This document shows positions 23,228-32,800 of a stretch of 64,000 bases of DNA, piece after piece; within the stretch, counting starts at the first letter, position 1; the number at the start of each line of letters is the position of its first letter. The position numbers were made by a program, and so were the translations under genes. Origin of the DNA: Longimicrobiales bacterium (GTDB lineage Bacteria > Gemmatimonadota > Gemmatimonadetes > Longimicrobiales > Gaopeijiaceae); NCBI GenBank assembly GCA_041690395.1, contig JAWLHJ010000005.1, positions 224,001 through 288,000 of the forward strand. Direction: 5' to 3'. Below the pieces are notes generated by a model. It did not search any database. It saw nothing but the letters and a program-made list of their open reading frames with translations, and was not told the DNA's origin.

Positions 23228-23785
23228 ATGAAGCGCAGTTTCATTCGCTCGCCTTACCTCTGGACGATCGTCGGTGCCGGCGTCGTCGTTCTGGTCGCGT
23301 GGCTCGGCCGGGAGAGCTATCAGCCCGTGATCACGGGGGCCGAGGCACCGAGCTTCACCGCCACGACCCTGGACGGCGAGGTGCGGACCCTCGAGGACTA
23401 CGACGACAAGGTCGTGCTCCTGAACGTGTGGGCGACCTGGTGCCTGCCGTGCCGCGAGGAAATGCCCTCGATGCAGCGGATGTACGAGGCGTTCCAGGGG
23501 GAGGACTTCGAGATCGTCGCGGTGAGCGTCGATGCCCGGATCGGAGAGCGGGACCCGAGCGGACGTCCCGGCGGCGACCTTGCCGCCTTCGCCAACGAGT
23601 ACGGCCTGACGTTCCCGATCCTCCACGACCCGGCCGGCGACATCCAGCGTATCTACCAGACGACCGGCGTCCCCGAGACGTTCCTGATCGGGAAGGACGG
23701 CATCATCTACAAGAAGGTGGCGGGCGGTACGCACTGGGACGCGGACGTGAACATGGGGCTCGTCCGCCGGCTCCTGGAAGGCTGA
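23228..23785 (+). CDS. TlpA/ResA family thiol-disulfide reductase
   Basis: N-terminal TM; LNVWATWCLPCREEMP; GVPETFLI. Confidence 0.93.
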   Translation: MKRSFIRSPYLWTIVGAGVVVLVAWLGRESYQPVITGAEAPSFTATTLDGEVRTLEDYDDKVVLLNVWATWCLPCREEMPSMQRMYEAFQGEDFEIVAVSVDARIGERDPSGRPGGDLAAFANEYGLTFPILHDPAGDIQRIYQTTGVPETFLIGKDGIIYKKVAGGTHWDADVNMGLVRRLLEG

Positions 23786-23797
23786 CGCCTCGTCCTC

Positions 23798-24778
23798 ATG
23801 CCCCCCTCCTCGCGACTCTTCCAGAACTGGCGGCTCAAGCTTTCGGCCCTGGGGCTGTCCGTCTTCCTCTGGGCGGTCGTCCAGGCCGAGCCGAGCAACC
23901 GAGAGACCTTCTCGTCGGTGCCGGTCCGCGTCGAGATCGCGGACACGAGCTGGGTCCTGGCCGGTCCCGCCGACCCTCCGGTTCTCGAGATCCGGCTCGG
24001 CGGCGTGGCCCGCGAGATCATCCGACTGGCCCGTGAGGGAACCACCGTTCGGGTGCCCATCGGGTCCGTCTCTTCCCGGGATACGGTCGTCACGGTCCGC
24101 CGCGAATGGGTGGAGGCGGCGGCCCGCGCCGGCGTGACGGTCGAGTCGGTCCTTCCCGGATCGATCGCGCTCTCGTTCGAGCCCGCCGTGACGCGGCTCG
24201 TCCCGGTGGCTCAGCGACTCCAGGGGCAGGTTCCCGACGGGCTCGCCCTCCTCGGCGCCGTCACCGCCAATCCGCAGTTCGTCCGCGTGAGGGGGCCGGA
24301 GAGCCGCGTCTCGGGGCTCGACTCGATCGGATTGCAGGGGTTCGATCTGGGGAGCGTGCGTGAGTCGGGAGTCTATACCGTGCCGGTCGACACCGCGGGG
24401 CTGATGGGGGGGACCGCGCAGCCGGGGACGGTCTCCCTCAGCATTCGCGTAGAGGACCTGGTCGAGCGCGTCCTCTTCGACGTGTCGGTAGCCGTCGACG
24501 CCGGGCAAGGACAGCCCGAGCTCGTCGCAGACCCGGCCTCGGTCCAGGTCCGGATCACGGGCCCGCGGTCCCTCGTGACCGGTTTCGACACCGGGGCGGT
24601 ACGGGCAGAGGTGGCTAACGAGCTCCTGCTCGGCATGGCCACCGGCGAGGTTCGTCGGGTCCCGATCCGGATCGAGGGCGTTCCCGCCGGACTGCGGGCC
24701 GAGCCACTCGTCGGGTCCGTTGCCGTGCGACGCGCGGCCGACGTGGGTCGAGCTCCTCCGGGCGACGGACGGTCATGA
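23798..24778 (+). CDS. YbbR/CdaR-like domain protein
   Basis: NWRLKLSALGLSVFLWAVV N-terminus; repeated PxxVxVxGP beta domains. Confidence 0.8.
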   Translation: MPPSSRLFQNWRLKLSALGLSVFLWAVVQAEPSNRETFSSVPVRVEIADTSWVLAGPADPPVLEIRLGGVAREIIRLAREGTTVRVPIGSVSSRDTVVTVRREWVEAAARAGVTVESVLPGSIALSFEPAVTRLVPVAQRLQGQVPDGLALLGAVTANPQFVRVRGPESRVSGLDSIGLQGFDLGSVRESGVYTVPVDTAGLMGGTAQPGTVSLSIRVEDLVERVLFDVSVAVDAGQGQPELVADPASVQVRITGPRSLVTGFDTGAVRAEVANELLLGMATGEVRRVPIRIEGVPAGLRAEPLVGSVAVRRAADVGRAPPGDGRS

Positions 24779-25881
24779 CCGATCGCTCCCGCCCGATCGT
24801 GCTCGGCCTCGAGACGTCGTGCGACGAGACCTCTGCCGCGGTGTTGTCGGGTGACCATCGGATCCTGGGGCACGTGATCCTCTCCCAGGACGTGCACGAG
24901 GTGTACGGGGGAGTCGTGCCGGAGCTCGCGGCCCGGGCGCACCTCCAGAAGATCGATGCGGTCGTCGCCTCCGCCCTCCGGGCCGCCGGCATCCAGCTGT
25001 CGGACGTCGACGTCTTCGGCGTCACGGCCGGACCGGGGCTGATCGGCGCTCTCCTGGTGGGCGTGTGCTGGACCAAGGCCGCGGCCTACGGGTCGGGACG
25101 GCCCTGGGTGCCCGTCCATCACATGGAGGCGCACCTGTTCGCCCCCTCGCTCGAAGATCCGGACGCGGAGCCGCCGTTCGTCGCTCTCCTCGTTTCCGGC
25201 GGGCACACGATGCTCCTCCATGTCCCCGCCTGGGGGGAGTACCACCTGCTCGGTGAGACGCGGGACGATGCGGCCGGAGAGGCGTTCGACAAGGTCGCCA
25301 AGCTCCTGGGTCTCCCGTATCCGGGCGGCCCCCAGATCCAGAAGGTCGCCGAGCGCGGTGAGGCCGACCGCCATCGTCTTCCCCGGCCCATGCTCCGCCG
25401 GAACCAGCGCCCGGGCGACGCCGACTACTACGACTTCTCGTACAGCGGGCTCAAGACGGCGGTGGGAGACCTCGTCGCGCAACTCGACGACCGGGGTGCC
25501 CTGGCCGAGGAGCTTCCCCATGTGGCCGCGTCCTTCCAGGAGGCCGCGACCGACGTGCTCGTGCGCAAGACCATGCGCGCCGTGGAACGGACCGGATGTC
25601 GGCGCGTGCTGATGGGCGGGGGCGTGAGCGTGAACCGGCGGCTTCGCGAGTCCATGGCCGAGGCGCTCGGGCCCTCGGGCCGGCTGTTCCATGCGTCTCC
25701 GAGGCTGTCCCTCGACAACGGAGCCATGGTCGCCCGCGCCGCCCATTTCCGCTTCGACCGCGGGGAGGTGGCCACCATGCACGGCTCGGCGTCGGCTTCG
25801 CTACCTTTCCCCGGTCTGATGCGGGGTGGCGCCGCGGCCGCCGACGCGCCGCGGGCGACGACCGCCCCGAGCCCCTGCTAG
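24775..25881 (+). CDS. tsaD: tRNA N6-threonylcarbamoyltransferase TsaD
   Basis: LGLETSCDETS, YGGVVPELAARAH, GPGLIGAL, HHMEAH, LLVSGGHT, DDAAGEAFDK, DNGAMVA. Confidence 0.98.
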   Translation: MTDRSRPIVLGLETSCDETSAAVLSGDHRILGHVILSQDVHEVYGGVVPELAARAHLQKIDAVVASALRAAGIQLSDVDVFGVTAGPGLIGALLVGVCWTKAAAYGSGRPWVPVHHMEAHLFAPSLEDPDAEPPFVALLVSGGHTMLLHVPAWGEYHLLGETRDDAAGEAFDKVAKLLGLPYPGGPQIQKVAERGEADRHRLPRPMLRRNQRPGDADYYDFSYSGLKTAVGDLVAQLDDRGALAEELPHVAASFQEAATDVLVRKTMRAVERTGCRRVLMGGGVSVNRRLRESMAEALGPSGRLFHASPRLSLDNGAMVARAAHFRFDRGEVATMHGSASASLPFPGLMRGGAAAADAPRATTAPSPC

Positions 25882-25896
25882 GAGTCGCCCGAAGCC

Positions 25897-26751
25897 ATGT
25901 ATCCCGTCATCTTCGAGCTTCCCGACTGGCTGCCGTTCATCGGTGGCGAAGCCGTCACGTCGTTCGGCGTGTTCATGCTGCTCGCGTTCCTGACCGGCGG
26001 CTACATCCTGCGCGCCGAGATGCGCCGACTCGGCGAGGACCCCGAGAAGGCCTGGGACCTCGTGTTCATGGCCGTCATCGGCGGGATCATCGGGGCCAAG
26101 GCCTACTACGTCCTGCTCAACTGGGACCGGACCATGGCCGACCCGGTCGGGATGATCCTGGCGCGTGGCGGGCTCGTGTGGTACGGCGGCTTCATTCTGG
26201 CGACGGTGCTCGTGATCTGGGAGATCCGGCGACAGAAGCTGCCCCTACCGAAGATCGCCGACGCGGTGGCGCCTGCGCTGGCTCTCGCCTACGCCGTCGG
26301 CCGTGTCGGGTGCTTCATGGTGGGCGACGATTGGGGCAGGCCCACAGACTCGTGGGTCGGCATTGCGTTTCCGCAGGGGGCGCCCCCCACCCGGGTCGAC
26401 ATCATCGAGCGTGACTTCGGTATCGCCGTCGACCCAGCGCTCATCGAGCGCTACGGGCAGATCGTTCCCGTGCATCCGACGCAGCTCTATGAAGTGGGAA
26501 TGAGCACGCTCATCTTCTTCGTGCTCTGGAAGCTCAGGCGGCAGCCCAGGGTCGCGGGCTGGCTCTTCATGCTCTGGCTCGTGCTGGCCGGGATCGAGCG
26601 CTTCATCGTGGAGTTCTTCCGCGCCAAGGACGATCGCTTCCTCGGACCGCTCACCGTGGCCCAGGTCATCTCCGTCGCCATCATGGTCGTCGGCGCGGTC
26701 GGGATGGCACGCCTCTCGGGGGGCGCGAGCCGCCAGTCGAAGCGGGCCTAG
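25897..26751 (+). CDS. lgt: Prolipoprotein diacylglyceryl transferase
   Basis: GGLVWYGG, GRVGCF..GDDWG, HPTQLYE, RFIVEFFR. Confidence 0.93.
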   Translation: MYPVIFELPDWLPFIGGEAVTSFGVFMLLAFLTGGYILRAEMRRLGEDPEKAWDLVFMAVIGGIIGAKAYYVLLNWDRTMADPVGMILARGGLVWYGGFILATVLVIWEIRRQKLPLPKIADAVAPALALAYAVGRVGCFMVGDDWGRPTDSWVGIAFPQGAPPTRVDIIERDFGIAVDPALIERYGQIVPVHPTQLYEVGMSTLIFFVLWKLRRQPRVAGWLFMLWLVLAGIERFIVEFFRAKDDRFLGPLTVAQVISVAIMVVGAVGMARLSGGASRQSKRA

Positions 26752-26763
26752 CAGGTCGCGCGG

Positions 26764-27621
26764 ATGCTGACCGTCCTCCACACCTCCGATCTCCAGGTCG
26801 GAAAGCCCTACCGTCCCGAGGCCGCCGAGGCCCTGGTCCGGAAGGTGGAGCGGGTTCGGCCGGACCTCGTGGTGGTGGCGGGTGATCTGACGCAGCGGGC
26901 CAAGGCGGAGGAGTTCAGGGTCGCCCGGGCGCTGCTCGCGCGCCTCGGCCCCGCGCCGGTCGTGGTCACCCCCGGGAACCACGACGTTCCGCTGTACCGC
27001 TTCTGGGAGCGGTTGGCCACGCCGTATCGGAACTGGAAGCGGTTCGTATCCTCGGAGCTCGACACCGTGACGCGCCTCGCCGGGGCCACGGTGGTCGCCC
27101 TCAACTCCTCCGCGCCCCGCCGGGCGATCGTGGGAGGGCGCCTCGGAGACCATCAGGTCGCCCTGGCTCGTCGGGCCTTCGAGCAGTCGCCCGCGCCGGA
27201 TGTGCGAATCCTGGTCGTTCATCATCATTTCGTCGTGACGGACGACGGGTCGGGGGGGAGCCCGCTTCCCGGCGCACGCAGCCATCTCGACGCATTCAGT
27301 CACATGGGCATCGACCTGCTCCTGGGCGGGCACGTGCACCAGACGCGCGTCCTGGCCCCCGACGATCCCCGGACCGGAGCGCCGTTCCCGGTCGTCTCCT
27401 GCGGCACCACCACGTCGTGGCGCGGCCGTGGCGAAGAAATCGATGCCAACAGCCTGAACGTCATCGAGATCGGTGCCGACGAGATTCGCGTGGTGCCTCA
27501 CCGTCTCTCGCGCGAGCGTCATCGCTTCGAGCCGAGGGAGCCGATCGTCGTGTCGCGCCACCGCGCCGGGTCGGGCTTCCGGGGGGACGCACGGGCCGGG
27601 GGGTCGAGAGGTGAGGCGTAG
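26764..27621 (+). CDS. Calcineurin-like metallophosphoesterase
   Basis: HTSDLQ, AGDLTQ, PGNHD, HHH, GHVH motifs. Confidence 0.9.
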   Translation: MLTVLHTSDLQVGKPYRPEAAEALVRKVERVRPDLVVVAGDLTQRAKAEEFRVARALLARLGPAPVVVTPGNHDVPLYRFWERLATPYRNWKRFVSSELDTVTRLAGATVVALNSSAPRRAIVGGRLGDHQVALARRAFEQSPAPDVRILVVHHHFVVTDDGSGGSPLPGARSHLDAFSHMGIDLLLGGHVHQTRVLAPDDPRTGAPFPVVSCGTTTSWRGRGEEIDANSLNVIEIGADEIRVVPHRLSRERHRFEPREPIVVSRHRAGSGFRGDARAGGSRGEA

Positions 27622-29869
27622 CGGAGCTCAGCCCGGCCCGGGCGGGTACCGAGCGCCCCTCGTCGCCGCGCTCTGCGCCATGCTCATGGCCGCGGGCTCG
27701 ACCACCCGCCCCGCCGCGGGGCAGCAGGTAGGCCCGCCCGAGGTCGTCCAGGTCCGCTTCCTGGGCAACGAGGCGTTCCCCCAGGACTCCCTGCAGCGCG
27801 CCATCGCCACGAGGCCGACCGAGTGTAAGTCGGACTTCCTGGCGCCGTTCTGCTGGCTCGATCTGGACTTCGCCGTCGAGCGGCGGGATCTCCGGCCTCG
27901 TGAGGTCCCCCGGGACCGGGTCCGGCTCGAGATCTGGTACCGACAGCGGGGATTCAGGGAGGCGGCCGTCGATACGTCGACGACCGTTCGCGAGGACGGC
28001 GGGGCGGTCCTGGCGTTCAGCATCGACGAGGGGCGCCCGGTGATCGTGCGCAGCATCGACTTCGCGGGCGTCGGCTCGGACCCCGAGAACGATCTCGGAC
28101 CCGATGTCGTGGAGGATCTGCCCCTGGGAGAGGGCGACCCGCTCAACATGCTGAGGCTCGACGCCACCCGCGACCTGATCCTCCTCCGGCTCAGGAATCG
28201 CGGATACGCGCACGCCGAGGTGTACCGACAGTCGCTCATACCCGCGGCGCGCCCCTACGACGCCGAGGTGACCTTCGAGGTGGACCCGGGGACCCGCGCG
28301 ACGTACGGCACGATTTCGGTGTCGGGCACCCGCACCTTGGACGAAGCGAGCGTCGTCCGCACGCTCCAGTTCAGAGAGGGCGACTACTACCGCGTGGACC
28401 AGCTCCTCGACGCCCAGGCCCGGCTGTTCGGCATGGAGATCGTCCGGAGCGCCCAGGTGACCGCCGACCTGGAGTCCGAACCGGACTCCATCGTCCCCCT
28501 CCAGGTGAACGTCCAGGAGGCGAATGCGTACAGGGTGCGGGCCGGGGCCGGGTGGACCAGCGCCGAGTGCATGAACGTCGAGTCGAGTTGGACGAGCCGG
28601 AACTTCTTCGGCGGCGGTCGGGTGCTGCGGGTCCGCGGACGCGTGTCCAACGTACTCACGCGCCAGTTCGGCGACGTGCTGTGCGGCGTGTCGGAGCGCA
28701 CCGAGGAGTACGAGGATCTGACCTGGCTGGCCACGGTCGACTTCGCGCAGCCGTGGATCTTCTCGACCCGCAACTCGTTCGGCGCCTCGGTCTTCACCGA
28801 GCGGCAGAGCCTCCCGGACATCTTCATACGGCAGGCGATCGGCCTGCAGTTGGCCCTGACGCGCTCCCTCGGTGCCGCCACGCCGCTCACGCTGTCGTAC
28901 CGGCCGGAGCGGTCCCAGCTGGAGGCCGCCGAGGTCCTGTTCTGCACGGGGTTCCTGGTCTGCACCCCCGAAGACGTCTCGATCCTGTCGGGGGCGAACA
29001 TCCTCGCGCCCGTCGGACTCTCGTTCACCCGCGACCGGTCGAACGACCTGCTGAACGCGACCCGCGGATACCGCCTGACCATCGACCTCGAGCACGCCGC
29101 GGGGTGGACGGCCTCCGAGTTCCGGTACGACCGCGTCTCGGTCGAGGGGACGACCTACGGGTCCGTGGGTAACGCGGTCGTCGCCGCCCGCTTGCGGGGG
29201 GGATGGGTCGGCTCCGGGGGCTTCGATCGACTGCTCCGGGATGAGGGTGGCGCCGAGATCGTGCATCCGCAGAAGCGCTTCTACGCCGGCGGGGCGAGCT
29301 CGGTGCGCGGCTTCGGACAGGGGCGCCTCGGCCCTCGCGTGCTCACGGTGGCGAGCCCGGACGTGCTGCTCGACGCCGGGTGCACCCCGGCCGAGCTCAT
29401 GGACCTCTCGTGCGACGCGAGCGACGTGGCCGAAAGTGATTTCTTCCCTCGCCCGACCGGAGGGACCCGGGTGTTGGAGGGGAATCTGGAGCTCCGCTTC
29501 CGTCTCGGTCGTAGCTTCGAAGGCGTCACCTTCGGGGATTTCGGACAGGTGTGGCCGGCGAGCGGCAAGGTCTCGCTCTCGGAGCTGGAGTTCAGTCCCG
29601 GCGTCGGGCTACGGTACCTCAGCCCGCTGGGCCCCATCCGTTTCGACCTCGGCTACCGGTTCCGGGGCGCCGACGCGCTGTCCGTCATCACCTCCAGCGT
29701 CCGCGAGGCCGACCCGGGCGAGTGCGAGGTGGAAAGCTCGAGATGCTTCGGGTTCGACGGTGTGTTCTACGTGTCCACGGGTGAGCTCGGCATCCTTTCG
29801 TCGCCGGTGCGGTATGCAGCATCGGGGCGGGGATTTCAGCTGCACTTCTCGATCGGACAGGCGTTCTGA
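27611..29869 (+). CDS. BamA/TamA family outer-membrane protein (POTRA domains + beta-barrel)
   Basis: POTRA-like repeats; FYAGGASSVRGF; GVGLRYLSPLGPIRFDLGY; C-terminal HFSIGQAF; start uncertain (27611 or 27680). Confidence 0.9.
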   Translation: MRRSGAQPGPGGYRAPLVAALCAMLMAAGSTTRPAAGQQVGPPEVVQVRFLGNEAFPQDSLQRAIATRPTECKSDFLAPFCWLDLDFAVERRDLRPREVPRDRVRLEIWYRQRGFREAAVDTSTTVREDGGAVLAFSIDEGRPVIVRSIDFAGVGSDPENDLGPDVVEDLPLGEGDPLNMLRLDATRDLILLRLRNRGYAHAEVYRQSLIPAARPYDAEVTFEVDPGTRATYGTISVSGTRTLDEASVVRTLQFREGDYYRVDQLLDAQARLFGMEIVRSAQVTADLESEPDSIVPLQVNVQEANAYRVRAGAGWTSAECMNVESSWTSRNFFGGGRVLRVRGRVSNVLTRQFGDVLCGVSERTEEYEDLTWLATVDFAQPWIFSTRNSFGASVFTERQSLPDIFIRQAIGLQLALTRSLGAATPLTLSYRPERSQLEAAEVLFCTGFLVCTPEDVSILSGANILAPVGLSFTRDRSNDLLNATRGYRLTIDLEHAAGWTASEFRYDRVSVEGTTYGSVGNAVVAARLRGGWVGSGGFDRLLRDEGGAEIVHPQKRFYAGGASSVRGFGQGRLGPRVLTVASPDVLLDAGCTPAELMDLSCDASDVAESDFFPRPTGGTRVLEGNLELRFRLGRSFEGVTFGDFGQVWPASGKVSLSELEFSPGVGLRYLSPLGPIRFDLGYRFRGADALSVITSSVREADPGECEVESSRCFGFDGVFYVSTGELGILSSPVRYAASGRGFQLHFSIGQAF

Positions 29870-32800
29870 TGGACCGGGGCGACAAGCAGGAGGCGGGCGG
29901 GGGCGAACGGGCGGCGCCCAGCCGCGAGGTCCGTCGCAGACGGCTTCGCCGCTTGCGTACCGTGCGACGATGGACCACGGGCGTCCTGCTCGTTCTCGGG
30001 GCCCTCGTCGCGATCGCCGGCATCGTGGTCCTGCAGACCGCGCCCGGGCAGCGAGCCGCGCTCGACTTCGCTCTGGAACAGATCGAAGGCTCGCTGGCGG
30101 GCGAGCTCCGCATCGGCGCCATCCGGAGCCGGACGCTCCTGGCCGGCGCGTCCCTCGACGACGTCGTCCTCACGGACGACACCGGCCGTCCGGTGCTCAC
30201 CGCGGACTCCGTCGTCGTCCGGTACCTGCCCACGGGGCTGGTGTCGGGCGCGCTACGCGTCAGGTCGGTCATTCTCTGGGGGATGGACTTCGAGATTTCG
30301 AGGCTGTCCGAGGACGGCGCTCTGAATCTCGGCCGGGTGCTGGCCCCGGGAGATCCCGCGCCGGACTCCGCCCGGACGCGCACCGAGCTCCTCTTCGGCC
30401 AGGTCGGTGTTCGCGACGGACGCGTCTCCGTGCTCTCTCCCGCGTCCGGCGGCCTGCCCATCGGCGCGGGCGGTGTGGTTCCTGGTCCGGAGGGTCCTTT
30501 GGCGCGCATCGGCCTAGACCAGCTGAACCTGGACCTCGAGGACGCCGTGCTCACCATCGACGGCGACGTCGCCTTCCGCTCCGACCTGGCGTCCCTGGCC
30601 ATGCGCCTCGGGCTGCCCGGCCGGACCGAGCCCATGGTCGTGAGGGAGGCGTTCGGTCGGCTCACCTTCGATCTGGACAGCGGCATCACCATTACGGAGG
30701 GCGCGTTCCGTCTGCCGCAGACGCTCGGGCGTGGAACCGTGGAGATCGGGCCGGAGGCCGGGGTCGAGGGATGGGCGCTCGACGCCGACTTCGAGGTGGA
30801 GGATTGGGGGAGCCTCGCGGATCTCCAATGGGCCGACCCCCGCATCCCCGAAGGCACGTTCCGGGGCGGCGTCCAGGTGTCCACCGCGGACGGGCTCGCC
30901 CTGGACCTCGAGCGGGTCGACGTCCGCCTCTCGGATACGAACCTCGCGCTGGACGGAGGGGTGGTCTTCGGCGACGTGCTGTCGACCCGCGCGCTCGACG
31001 TCGTGGCCAGCCCCCTCGTCCTGTCCCGGATCTCCCCTTGGCTACCGGAGCCCCTGCCCGTCGACGGGTGGCTGAGCGGCCGAGCGACCTTCACGGGCAC
31101 GCGCGAGGACCTCCGTGCCGACGGTCGCGTCACGTTCGTGCCCGTCGGTCACGGAGGCGCCCCGACCACGGCCGACTTCAGCGGGCGGATGCACCTCGGG
31201 AACGACCTGGGGTGGACGGATTTCGAGGCGCGGCTCGATCCGCTGAACTACTCGTTGGTCGACCTCTTCGCTCCGGACGTCACGTTCGACGGGAGGGGCT
31301 CGGCGGACGTCCAGCTCGACGGGCGGACGCGCCTGGGCGTTCGCGTGATCGCGGACCTCGTCCATCGCGACGGGACCTCCCCCGAGTCACGGGTGAACGC
31401 CCGCGGAACGTTCGGCCGCAGCGGTGACGGCTGGACCCTGGACCTCAGCGGAGACGTCACCCCGCTGTCCCTCGAGGTCGCCGGCGCCTTGAGCCCCGAT
31501 CTCGAGCTGCGCGGGGAGGTACGCGGTCCGGTGACCGCCCGCGGGCTCCTCACGGACCTGCGGCTGACGGCCGACCTCATGGGGCCGGGCGGCCGCCTGA
31601 ACCTGAGCGGCGGGCTCGACGTGACCGCCCCGGGCTCCGCGTACCAACTCGATTTCGAGGCGGTCGATCTCGCGCTGGCCGCCTACAGCGGGAGGCTTCC
31701 CGACCCGACGGTTTGGAACGGAACGCTCAGCGTCGACGGCTCGGGGCTGGTGCTGGATTCCTTGCGGGGCACAGCGAGCCTCCAACTCCGCGGTAGTCGG
31801 ATCGGGGCGCTCACGGTCGATACGGTCTCCGCGGCGCTCCGTGCGGAGGACGGGCTGCTCCACTGGGAGTCGATGGAGGGCTCCGTGGGCGGCGTCCACT
31901 TCGAGGGGTCCGGGCGATTGGGGCTGTCCGGGGAGGCCACCGGGAACGCCTCTCTCCTGTTCTATACCGAATCGCTCGTCGGACTGCGCCCGTTGCTCAT
32001 GGGAGACTCGATCATCGTCGGCGACGAGCTCACCTCCCTCGAGCAGGAGATGCTCAGGCTCGAGGGCGTGGAGCCGGATACGCTGCCCACGGCCGACGAG
32101 GTACGGGTGGAGGGCGCGGTGCGGGGCGAGGCCGAGCTGTCGGGTCTGGTCACGGACCTCGCCGTCGATCTCCGGATGACGATGATCGGCGGCGCGTACG
32201 GCCGGAACTCCGTGGACTCGATGGAGGTGGCCATGTCGGTGACCGGGCTACCGGCGACGACGGGGCCGTGGGAGGCGGACATCGACGCGACCGGGGTGCT
32301 CTGGGAGGGTCGAACCATCCAGCAGCTCGCCGTGACCGGCTCGATGCAGGACCGCGCGGGCTCCGGCGCGCTCCGCATGACACGCCGTGAGAGCGAGAGC
32401 TACGCGCTCGCGGGCGACTTCCAGCTCGACTCGCTGGGCGGCGAGGCGTATCTCACGCAGCTGGTCGCGAGCCTGGAGGAGCGTACCTGGTCGATGTCCC
32501 GGCCCACCTCGATCTCGTGGACCGCGGACGCCCTCGGCGTCGAGGACCTCGAGGTGCTGCGGGAGGGTGACGACCCCATGCGGATGACGGCGGCGGGCAC
32601 CCTCGCGCGGGAGGGCGAATCGGACTTCCGTCTCGACATCGACGGCCTCCACCTCGAGCGCCTCGGCGCCATGATCCGCAACGATCCGCTCGACATGGCG
32701 GGGCATCTGGACCTGCGGCTCCATGTCCGGGGCCCGGCGCCCTCCCCCCTCATAGACGCCGAGTTGGAGATCGTGGATCCCCGGTTCCGCAACATGACGC

